IMG/VR virus record: IMGVR_UViG_3300002220_000189
Span: 63,206-127,205 of that record
Direction: 5' to 3' (one strand)
DNA: 64,000 nt
DNA from: a virus
Lineage: Duplodnaviria; Caudoviricetes
Both the position numbers and the translations under genes were made by a program. The notes below the pieces were generated by a model. That model did no database searches. It saw nothing but the letters and a program-made list of their open reading frames with translations, and had not been told where the DNA came from. Position 1 is the stretch's first letter. Each line of letters opens with the position of its first letter. Positions 1 through 7,681 of this stretch are shown here, piece after piece.

Positions 1-999
1 GTCATAAATTTTATCGTCAATAAGACGTAAATCTTCTTCTGTTACATCAATATCATTAATTTTCTTTATAATACCATCCATTTCTTTCTTTGATGATATC
101 ATATTACGTTGTTTATCTTTTAATTGAGTTAATTGAAATTTTAATTCATCAGATTTCTTCTCATTATATCTAATTTCTATATTAAGTTCGTGTATTTTGT
201 TGTTTATAACATTAAGTTTTTCATTTGATTTTTCATTGATTTTAGTGTATATATTCAAACCAAACACTCTTTCCAAAAATGCTCTTTTTTTCTGAGTATC
301 CATTTTTAGTATAGGTGTTAAAGTATTGAGATTTGTATGTACTATGGATACAAATGTATTAAAATCAATATCTAATATTTCAGTTTCTAATTGTTTTTGA
401 TATAATCTAACATCAGATAATGGTGGAATTGGATCATTATTACGATATATTTCCAATTTATCAGGTTTTATTCCTCTTATTATAGTAAATATATCGTTAT
501 TTTTTTTAAATCTTATTTTGACTTCACAATTTTTACGATTTTTCCAATTTACTATTTGTTCTTTCTTAACACTTCTATTCAATTTACCAAAAAGTGCAAA
601 TGTAATAGGTTCAAGACATGAAGAATTATGTGAAAGAATACCGTTTGAATAGTACTGTTCTACTTCTTCCACTTGAATATCATATAATGTATATTTTAAC
701 GGAAGTTTATAACATTCTATAACTTGTTCATGGCCTTTTTTAGTTTGAATATTGTTTGATATTTTTAGATTTTTTACAAACACCCAATTACCATATTCAT
801 CTTTTACTCTGTGATCAGGAGAACAGATAAGAGAAAATGATAGTGTTTTCAATAAAAATGATTCTGCATTTTTTTCAATAATTTCACAAGCAATAATTCT
901 TTTATTTCCATATGGCGTATCCACATATATTGATCCGATATGTTCAGGAAATTTTTTGTAAAATTTATAAATTTTAGATATTGTACAGGTTACATTCAT
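1..999 (-). CDS. gp46: Split-intein C fragment (125 aa) fused to the C-terminal part of the gp46/SbcC-like recombination ATPase; runs off the window end
   Basis: Missing from the ORF track. Manual translation from ATG 999 gives MNVTCTISKIYKF...LICSPDHRVKD...LYDIQVEEVEQYYSNGILSHN|SSCLEPITFALFGK...IVNWKNRKNCEV...IRGIKPDKLEIY. The part after HN is typical gp46. Confidence 0.9.
   Translation of the reverse strand, partial: MNVTCTISKIYKFYKKFPEHIGSIYVDTPYGNKRIIACEIIEKNAESFLLKTLSFSLICSPDHRVKDEYGNWVFVKNLKISNNIQTKKGHEQVIECYKLPLKYTLYDIQVEEVEQYYSNGILSHNSSCLEPITFALFGKLNRSVKKEQIVNWKNRKNCEVKIRFKKNNDIFTIIRGIKPDKLEIYRNNDPIPPLSDVRLYQKQLETEILDIDFNTFVSIVHTNLNTLTPILKMDTQKKRAFLERVFGLNIYTKINEKSNEKLNVINNKIHELNIEIRYNEKKSDELKFQLTQLKDKQRNMISSKKEMDGIIKKINDIDVTEEDLRLIDDKIYD
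625..999 (-). mobile_element. C-intein of an atypically split intein
   Basis: Block B-like CSPDH, block F LYDIQV, block G ILSHN followed by Ser(+1). Confidence 0.88.
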
Positions 1000-2053
1000 T
1001 TTCTAGAATAAAATCCTTACATTTTTGAATATTTACTTCTTTAGTATCAGATGACCATATTTCTAAAACTTTAAAGTTTGCACTATTAGCTAGTTCAAGT
1101 TTATGTTTTTGATAGTTATACATTTCTTTAGCCGATTTTCTATTGAAAGGATGTTGCCATTTTTCTAATTTTTCATCATTCCATAATGGGTTTGGATGAA
1201 ATGCCTCTCCATTATATTCTATAATAAGTCTTACAGGATGTAAAATAGTAAAATCATAAAAGTAACATTTTATAGTTCCATCTACATTTTTTCTATTCTC
1301 AAATAATTTAAATTCACCTAATTCATTACATCCGATAAAAATATCAGTTTGTTTGTATTTTCTAGATATAAGCCATTCGTATAATTCAATAAAAATGGTA
1401 AGAGATTCTTGTGAATATAACGAATTTTTCATACCTTTTATCATTGCTGTTTTCCATGATTTATATTTCTTTGTTCCTTCTTCGATACCATATTTCTTGA
1501 TATTATTTTCTAATGAATTGCTACATTTCAAACATCTTTCGGTATATTTCTTTGTTCCTTCTTCGATACCATATTTCCTAACAAAGTTTTCCAATGTTAA
1601 CGCTTTTGATTTATTTATCCTTTCAATTTCTTCTGCTGGTTTAGCTTTTAGAGTTTTCTGCCATTTTTCTTGTCTTTCTTCCCATCGTTTAGTACCTTCT
1701 TTCTTACCATATTTTTCTATACATTTTTTTAAAGTAAAAGTTCTTTGTCTTTCTGATACTTTTTGTTTAGCTTCTTCTTCAGAAAAACCTTTATTTATCC
1801 AATATTCAATATTCATATTATAATATTTTTTATATTTTTGTGGGTTTTCTTTTTTAGTTTTTGATCCTTTTTTACACATTTCTAATATTTTTTGTTTAGC
1901 TTCTTCTTCAGAAAAACCTTTATTTATCCAATATTCAATATTTGTAGGTCTTCTTTTTCTTATTTCAAGAATAGAGTCTTTTTCAGAAAAACCTTTATTT
2001 ATCCAATATTTTATTGAGTATGGTGATATTATATTACCTTTTTCATCTTTCAT
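974..2053 (-). CDS. Free-standing putative homing endonuclease: repeated N-terminal DNA-binding motifs plus a C-terminal Vsr/DUF559-like PD-(D/E)xK domain
   Basis: YWINKGFSE x3 and KYGxEEGTKK repeats; C-terminal FYDF...IIEYNGEAFH...VLEIWSSD; lies between the two intein halves. Confidence 0.75.
   Translation of the reverse strand: MKDEKGNIISPYSIKYWINKGFSEKDSILEIRKRRPTNIEYWINKGFSEEEAKQKILEMCKKGSKTKKENPQKYKKYYNMNIEYWINKGFSEEEAKQKVSERQRTFTLKKCIEKYGKKEGTKRWEERQEKWQKTLKAKPAEEIERINKSKALTLENFVRKYGIEEGTKKYTERCLKCSNSLENNIKKYGIEEGTKKYKSWKTAMIKGMKNSLYSQESLTIFIELYEWLISRKYKQTDIFIGCNELGEFKLFENRKNVDGTIKCYFYDFTILHPVRLIIEYNGEAFHPNPLWNDEKLEKWQHPFNRKSAKEMYNYQKHKLELANSANFKVLEIWSSDTKEVNIQKCKDFILENECNLYNI
1760..1942. 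repeat. 54-bp perfect direct repeat (1760-1813 and 1889-1942), with a partial third copy near 1982-2009
   Basis: tttttgtttagcttcttcttcagaaaaacctttatttatccaatattcaatatt, encoding the NIEYWINKGFSEEEAKQK repeats. Confidence 0.85.
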
Positions 2054-2058
2054 ATGAA

Positions 2059-2066
2059 TATTTATA
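2059..2066 (-). promoter_or_regulatory. T4-type late promoter TATAAATA upstream of the endonuclease
   Basis: Exact TATAAATA 5 nt before ATG 2053. Confidence 0.65.
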
Positions 2067-2083
2067 TAAACGCAATCGGAAAA

Positions 2084-2302
2084 TCATTCACTTTCCAAAA
2101 AAATATTAATAATATTTTCAGGAACAATAACATCTATATTTGTCTCACCATCGACACATTTTCCACTAGAATTACTTCTATTTCTTTCACTATCCATTCC
2201 TAAAATAAGATTAATACCTGGAGTGAATGTTATTTTTTGGGGTATTTTACCATATGATAAGAAATTACGCCATTCTATATCAATCATTTCTATTTTATGC
2301 AT
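2084..2302 (-). CDS. gp46: gp46 N-terminal extein (48 aa) plus 24-aa N-intein
   Basis: WRNFLSYG...NLILG...SNSSGK (gp46 N-terminus, Walker A), then CVDGETNIDV (intein block A), then stop. Confidence 0.9.
   Translation of the reverse strand: MHKIEMIDIEWRNFLSYGKIPQKITFTPGINLILGMDSERNRSNSSGKCVDGETNIDVIVPENIINIFLESE
2087..2158 (-). mobile_element. N-intein of an atypically split intein (24 aa)
   Basis: CVDGETNIDVIVPENIINIFLESE directly after the Walker A GK. Confidence 0.85.
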
Positions 2303-2778
2303 TGATTAAATTTTATATCTCCCAACCATAATTTCTGAAGCCATATTACACCCACTTGTAAACCAAATTTAGGCCATGTTTCGGGTGTATCTATAGGTAA
2401 TATTTCTTTTATACCAAATTTAGCACTTTGAATATCTTTCAATCTTGCTTTCATCCATATTGCATTTATAAGACATAAAAAAACAACATTAGTAGATATT
2501 TCCATACTATGTTGTAAAAATTTTCTAAATTGAGAATATGGTGGATTAGTTATTATCCAGTCTACATTTTCATTAAATTCAAAAAAATCTACACCATCAT
2601 CAATTTCACACCATAATTTTGTACATTCTTTTGGAAATGCATTATAAAAAGCGCCTTGTCCTCTACATGGTTCAAGTATTGTTCCAGTTGGTGAAAAATG
2701 GTCTACTATTTTTTGAGCAACGTCTTCTGGTGTATATATTCTATCATTACCACCTTTTCCTATAAGTGCTCTACTCAT
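2290..2778 (-). CDS. DNA amino-methyltransferase (likely N6-adenine)
   Basis: YTP motif, ILEPCRGQGAF (motif I), ITNPPYS (motif IV). Confidence 0.85.
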   Translation of the reverse strand: MSRALIGKGGNDRIYTPEDVAQKIVDHFSPTGTILEPCRGQGAFYNAFPKECTKLWCEIDDGVDFFEFNENVDWIITNPPYSQFRKFLQHSMEISTNVVFLCLINAIWMKARLKDIQSAKFGIKEILPIDTPETWPKFGLQVGVIWLQKLWLGDIKFNQCIK

Positions 2779-2984
2779 CTATCCTCTATACACATATAAA
2801 TTGTTTCAGGGCTAAATCTCTTATTGCCTAAAAAATCTGTAGTACATTTAATCCAAGTAATAGAAAACGAATGCCCTGTCTTATTTTTTAAATGTTCTTC
2901 AAAAGAGGATGTATCAGGACTATTATTTTCAAACCATTCTTCTAATTCCTCATATGTTCCAAACAGTACAGTTTCTTCTCTCAT
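2775..2984 (-). CDS. Hypothetical protein
   Basis: ORF overlapping its neighbour (ATGA coupling). Confidence 0.55.
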   Translation of the reverse strand: MREETVLFGTYEELEEWFENNSPDTSSFEEHLKNKTGHSFSITWIKCTTDFLGNKRFSPETIYMCIEDR

Positions 2985-2989
2985 ATGAT

Positions 2990-3271
2990 TTATCCTTCTT
3001 CTTTTTGATCTTCATATACACCAAGAATACCATATCCAGCAATATCATTATAAGGACTTTCTCCCAAGGCGTGCTTATCAGTAGCAATCCTAAACAATTT
3101 ATCAATTATTCGTGTAACTGCGAGCATATCTCTATATTTATCTACTGTTACACCATTAGGATATAATATTTCCAATATTTTAGGTGAATTAGCAAAAGAA
3201 TCACCATATTTAGCGTTCTTTTCAGTTACTAAACTACCTATTTCTAATCCTATATCTCTATATGATTTCAT
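2990..3271 (-). CDS. DUF1599-like / nucleotide-modification-associated helical protein
   Basis: EKNAKYGDSF...RIIDKLFRI...ESPYNDIAGYGIL pattern. Confidence 0.65.
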   Translation of the reverse strand: MKSYRDIGLEIGSLVTEKNAKYGDSFANSPKILEILYPNGVTVDKYRDMLAVTRIIDKLFRIATDKHALGESPYNDIAGYGILGVYEDQKEEG

Positions 3272-3735
3272 TCTTCCGCATCTCTCCTTTGTTCATATAT
3301 TTCTGAAGCTAAATTTGCAACTCTTGATGCCCATCTTACATCATCTTTATTAAGCTCTACTTCCTCAGCAAAATCTTCAATATCATGTGGAAGTATTTTA
3401 TATGGATTTTTTTCACTATCAATATCTATAAAAATATGCCTTAATTCGTGTCTTAAAAGTCTAATTTTATCAATTCTTTCAATATTATCCCATACACATT
3501 TATCTAAATAAATAATATATGGAATACCTTCTTCAGCTTCTTCTAGTGTTAAATATTTAATTAAATCATTAGATTTTTGACATCTTCCAAGAATTAATTT
3601 TCCCCCAGATTGTCTTTTTTTCAAGTCAAATAATACTTTAATATCAACATTTCTAAGTGATGGAAAATATTCTCCTTTTATTTCTGATAATAAATCTAAT
3701 ACATCTTGTGTTACCTCTTCAAATCTAATATTCAT
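3268..3735 (-). CDS. Putative phage metallopeptidase
   Basis: LLRHELRHI (HExxH) followed by PHDIEDF. Confidence 0.75.
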   Translation of the reverse strand: MNIRFEEVTQDVLDLLSEIKGEYFPSLRNVDIKVLFDLKKRQSGGKLILGRCQKSNDLIKYLTLEEAEEGIPYIIYLDKCVWDNIERIDKIRLLRHELRHIFIDIDSEKNPYKILPHDIEDFAEEVELNKDDVRWASRVANLASEIYEQRRDAEE

Positions 3736-3740
3736 AATAA

Positions 3741-3959
3741 TTACCTCTTCTTTCCTTTCAATTTTATCATATAACGGTTTCTACCAAGTTTTTTTGAAAT
3801 TTTGTAAATATAACCATCAATTTCTAAAAAATCTCTTAAATTTGGATCGGGTCTTGCTATCTTATGAGATGGCATTAATTCAAAAGGTATTTCTGCCTTT
3901 GCTTCTTCATAATCTTTTTTTTCATCATCAAGCATCTTCTTTTTTTCAATATAATCCAT
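3741..3959 (-). CDS. Hypothetical protein
   Basis: ORF tightly packed in the operon. Confidence 0.55.
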   Translation of the reverse strand: MDYIEKKKMLDDEKKDYEEAKAEIPFELMPSHKIARPDPNLRDFLEIDGYIYKISKKLGRNRYMIKLKGKKR

Positions 3960-3968
3960 AAAAATACA

Positions 3969-4910
3969 TTACTCCTTTATATTGTAATAAAATTTATACC
4001 ATTGTACAAATCTTTCTAACCCTTCATCTATATCTACTTTAGGGGAATATCCAAATTCAGAAACTAATTTATCAACATTAGCTCTCGATTTATTGATTTC
4101 ACCCGGTGGTATTGAAACATATTCTTTTTTACCAGTAATACCTGTCAATTCCTCTAACTTTGTTACAACATAGTTCAAATCGACACTGTTAGTATTTGCT
4201 ATATTATATATTACATATTCTTGTGGTATGTGTAATGTTTCTAAAATCATATCAACAACATCATCAACAAAAGTAAAATTTCGTTCCATTTTTCCATAAC
4301 CATTCATCTTCAATACTTTATTATTATACAATGCATCTGTCCATATGTAAATGGCCATATCGGGTCTTCCCCATTCACCATAAACAGTAAAAAATCTCAA
4401 TCCAGTACACTTTACGTTATATGCGCTACTATATACTCTAGCTTGTAACTCATTATATCTTTTAGTTGCTGCATACATATTAAGAGGATTATCAACATCG
4501 GCATCTTCAATAGATTCTTCTTTACTTTCACCATACACACTGCTACTTGATGCATACACAAAATTTTTCACATTCCACATTCTTGCTCGTTCTAACATGT
4601 GAAATGTTCCCCAACTATTATTATATTCATATATTTTAGGATTTTCTAATGAATATGGTATACCGGCATATGCTCCTAAATGACAAATATAATCTGATTT
4701 TAATGAATGTGGAATAAAATTCTGTACAGGTCCCTCATAAAACATAAATTTATCATAATTATTCAGATTATTTAGTCTTGCATGTTTCAAATTTATATCA
4801 TAATATGTGTTTACACTATCTACACCATTTACTCTTTTACCCATATCTAATAATCTTTTACAAACATGATAACCTATAAAACCGGCAGCGCCTGTAATTA
4901 AATATGTCAT
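3969..4910 (-). CDS. NAD-dependent nucleotide-sugar epimerase (UDP-glucuronate 4-epimerase-like)
   Basis: TGAAGFIG, ASSSSVYG, YAATK, LRFFTVYGEWGRPDMA. Confidence 0.9.
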   Translation of the reverse strand: MTYLITGAAGFIGYHVCKRLLDMGKRVNGVDSVNTYYDINLKHARLNNLNNYDKFMFYEGPVQNFIPHSLKSDYICHLGAYAGIPYSLENPKIYEYNNSWGTFHMLERARMWNVKNFVYASSSSVYGESKEESIEDADVDNPLNMYAATKRYNELQARVYSSAYNVKCTGLRFFTVYGEWGRPDMAIYIWTDALYNNKVLKMNGYGKMERNFTFVDDVVDMILETLHIPQEYVIYNIANTNSVDLNYVVTKLEELTGITGKKEYVSIPPGEINKSRANVDKLVSEFGYSPKVDIDEGLERFVQWYKFYYNIKE

Positions 4911-4926
4911 TATTTTTATCCCTCTC

Positions 4927-5919
4927 TTATTCCTTTAAAATTTTATTAATCATTTGTTTCATTACTGATTTTTTTAAATGTTCTGGTATTTCTATTTTAT
5001 TAATATATTCAAAAAATATATCTTTATGATCCATTATTTTTATATTTTCTATTTCATCAAAATCAGTAACTTTATCTTCTATTATTGAAATACTTGAAAA
5101 ATCAGTATATAATTGTAATGGATTATGAATTCTTATACTTTCAATAATTTTAGTATTTTCATTTATACCATAATCTTTAAGAAATTGTAATTTTACAATA
5201 TTATTTGTTATAATATCACTTTTTATTTCTTGTTCAGAATTTATTATAACATATTGTGGTGCATCAGTAAACGATATAAATTCAATATTATTATCATCAA
5301 AAATATAATAACCTCTATCACTATTAACATCATTAAAAGACATATGATAAGGTGAACCTAAATATATTATATTATTTTTTTTTGTGGGAATATGAAAATG
5401 ACCAGATAAGACTAAATCAAAATTTTTAAAATCGTTTATATTAAAAATTGATTTATTATAAATATGTTTTTCATTAGTATAAAAAGAATTTATTTCAAAA
5501 TGACCAAATAAAAACTTACCACCCTTTTTTAATATTTCAGGCGTAAGTTTTTCCCAAGGTACTAAAGTAATATTATCAATAGTACATGTTTCTCTTATAA
5601 CAGATACATTTTTATATTCTTTAAAAACATCTAATGAAGTGGGATAAACATCTGTTTTATAATATGAATCATGATTACCTATAATAATAATAACATTAAA
5701 ATTTTTCAGCATTTCCATAATATGTATTGTTACAGAAAGAGTTTTAATATTTAATGTTTTTCTATCATCGAACCAATCACCTAAATGGATGATAGTTTTA
5801 ATATTTTTTCTATTACAATTATCTATTATAGATTTAAATAATTTTATTGCTGATTGATGCCATATATCAGAAGATTTATGTATACCTAAATGTGTATCAC
5901 TTATTAATAATTTCTTCAT
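4927..5919 (-). CDS. gp47: Recombination endonuclease subunit (SbcD/Mre11-like)
   Basis: SDTHLG, HLGDWFD, GNHD, GHFE, SGHFH metallophosphoesterase motifs. Confidence 0.92.
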   Translation of the reverse strand: MKKLLISDTHLGIHKSSDIWHQSAIKLFKSIIDNCNRKNIKTIIHLGDWFDDRKTLNIKTLSVTIHIMEMLKNFNVIIIIGNHDSYYKTDVYPTSLDVFKEYKNVSVIRETCTIDNITLVPWEKLTPEILKKGGKFLFGHFEINSFYTNEKHIYNKSIFNINDFKNFDLVLSGHFHIPTKKNNIIYLGSPYHMSFNDVNSDRGYYIFDDNNIEFISFTDAPQYVIINSEQEIKSDIITNNIVKLQFLKDYGINENTKIIESIRIHNPLQLYTDFSSISIIEDKVTDFDEIENIKIMDHKDIFFEYINKIEIPEHLKKSVMKQMINKILKE

Positions 5920-6394
5920 TATTCACAATTTCCTCTTCTACATATAAATCATGCCATCGTTCTTCTTCTACCGGAGCCTTACCAAACGCCGATGAATTTA
6001 ACATTCCTTCATAATCAAGTGATCTGGAAGTATATGTTATTTCATTACTAGATCTAAAATTATCTACAGCATTATAACATACATCTTTAATATAACTATG
6101 TGTATTTTGTTCTTTTATATATAATTTATAAGAATTTTTACAGATTTGTGTGATGTATGCGAATGCATTTCTAGATTTTTCTGGATTAAAATTTTTAAGA
6201 TATTTTATACAGGTTAAAACAGCTTCTCCTACCATATCTTCTCGCCATGTATAACCAACAAAATTACCCTTAAAAGAATAATTATTTGCTAATACTAATA
6301 ACATTTTACCTAATTCTTCTGATACTACACCATTTTCCTTGAATTTTATAACTTCCGTTAGCAAATCTTCATTATTTATATAATTTTTAGCCAA
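5897..6394 (-). CDS. gp55: Late-transcription sigma factor (TTG start)
   Basis: NYINNEDL...NFVGYTWREDM...NFNPEKSRNAFAYITQI; adjacent to gp47 as in T4-like phages. Confidence 0.9.
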   Translation of the reverse strand: MAKNYINNEDLLTEVIKFKENGVVSEELGKMLLVLANNYSFKGNFVGYTWREDMVGEAVLTCIKYLKNFNPEKSRNAFAYITQICKNSYKLYIKEQNTHSYIKDVCYNAVDNFRSSNEITYTSRSLDYEGMLNSSAFGKAPVEEERWHDLYVEEEIVNNEEIINK

Positions 6395-6449
6395 ACTTCA
6401 TAAATCCTCCTAAGCGTAATGCTCGTTTATTAGTAAATCTCTAATAATT

Positions 6450-6478
6450 ATTATAACTTAAATTGTATTATTTGTAAA
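6450..6478 (-). promoter_or_regulatory. Sigma70-type promoter for the gp55-gp47-gp46 operon
   Basis: TTTACA-17 nt-TATAAT on the minus strand, intergenic. Confidence 0.6.
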
Positions 6479-6481
6479 TGT

Positions 6482-6844
6482 TTAAACAACGGACTGGAGT
6501 AGATTATTTTCTACTTGTTTTTTATATAAAGATAGAACATCATTAGATTTAAGATGAAGAATTTTTAATTTTTCATAATTTTTTTTCCTTAATTTAAGTA
6601 TATTAATATCAGAACCCTCATCAATACAAAAATCAAAAAAATATTTACCCTTATATATATTTTTTAATTCTTTATTAAGTGATGAAGGTAATTTTAATAT
6701 TTCTGTAATATTATGTTCTTTAATTATTTTTAATATTATTTCTGAATAAGGGGGTGGCTTATCAACTAACATTAGTGTCAGCATCCTAAATTTATTAGTA
6801 TCTTCGTCAATACCGGAATATGATAAATAATTTAATAATCTCAT
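6482..6844 (-). CDS. Hypothetical protein
   Basis: ORF; N-terminus MRLLNYL resembles that of 26837..27445. Confidence 0.55.
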   Translation of the reverse strand: MRLLNYLSYSGIDEDTNKFRMLTLMLVDKPPPYSEIILKIIKEHNITEILKLPSSLNKELKNIYKGKYFFDFCIDEGSDINILKLRKKNYEKLKILHLKSNDVLSLYKKQVENNLLQSVV

Positions 6845-6846
6845 TT

Positions 6847-7647
6847 TTACTCTGTCGGAATTTCAAAAACTAATTCAACAATTAAACCTTTTGGTGCAGT
6901 ACTACTAACAGCATCTATATGAATACATAAAATATTACCTGTTGTTATATTATCATAGGCAGCGTCTATAACTCCTGGAGTATCCGATGTTCTTGTACTT
7001 ACTTCACCTGATTCAATAGCCATTAATGTTGATAACATTTCATGTGATGTTGTAACATTATATACGCCTATTGTTGTAGATCCTGTTTCGCCGGCAACCA
7101 ATGCTGTTGCAGCTACTCTAATTAAATTCATTCCATTAAATTCATCTGGAACAATATAATAATATTTATTTCCAGTAGTAATATCTGTACTCCATTCAAT
7201 AACTGGTAATTCAATAACTCTTTTTACTGCTGATTCCCATCTATATGCCAATTTATTACTTATTAATTTATTCTTTCCTATTACACTATAATCTGTTTCT
7301 AAAACTGGTTCTGGAGAAATACTAAACTCAATATTATCAATATATCCGTCTGATATAACACCAGGTTTTGACCATTTTATTTTAAGTTTGATACCAGCAT
7401 ATCCATGTCCCGATAAATCACTATCATCAGAAATCCAAAACTCAAAAAAACCATCAGAATTAGTTCTTAATTGTGGATTACCAGTTGATCCAGATCTTTC
7501 ATAATTAATGAATGCTGTTCCACCAATTTCAACATCATATAACCAAACATATGTAGTACTTTCAGACTGCATAACGCTTATAATAGCGGCTTCTATTGGT
7601 TGCCCTTCTTCATTTAACAAATAATGCCAATAATGTACTCTTGCCAT
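6847..7647 (-). CDS. Putative virion structural protein
   Basis: Beta-rich; follows baseplate genes; late promoter upstream. Confidence 0.55.
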   Translation of the reverse strand: MARVHYWHYLLNEEGQPIEAAIISVMQSESTTYVWLYDVEIGGTAFINYERSGSTGNPQLRTNSDGFFEFWISDDSDLSGHGYAGIKLKIKWSKPGVISDGYIDNIEFSISPEPVLETDYSVIGKNKLISNKLAYRWESAVKRVIELPVIEWSTDITTGNKYYYIVPDEFNGMNLIRVAATALVAGETGSTTIGVYNVTTSHEMLSTLMAIESGEVSTRTSDTPGVIDAAYDNITTGNILCIHIDAVSSTAPKGLIVELVFEIPTE

Positions 7648-7667
7648 AATATTTATCCCTCAATTTA

Positions 7668-7675
7668 TATTTATA
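7668..7675 (-). promoter_or_regulatory. Late promoter TATAAATA
   Basis: Exact motif, intergenic. Confidence 0.6.
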
Positions 7676-7681
7676 ATTTAA

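Noticed and set aside
974-2083. Group I intron as the explanation for the interrupted gp46
   Set aside because: Only about 30 nt of non-coding sequence is available, too little for a ribozyme core, and both halves have their own start/stop and intein motifs
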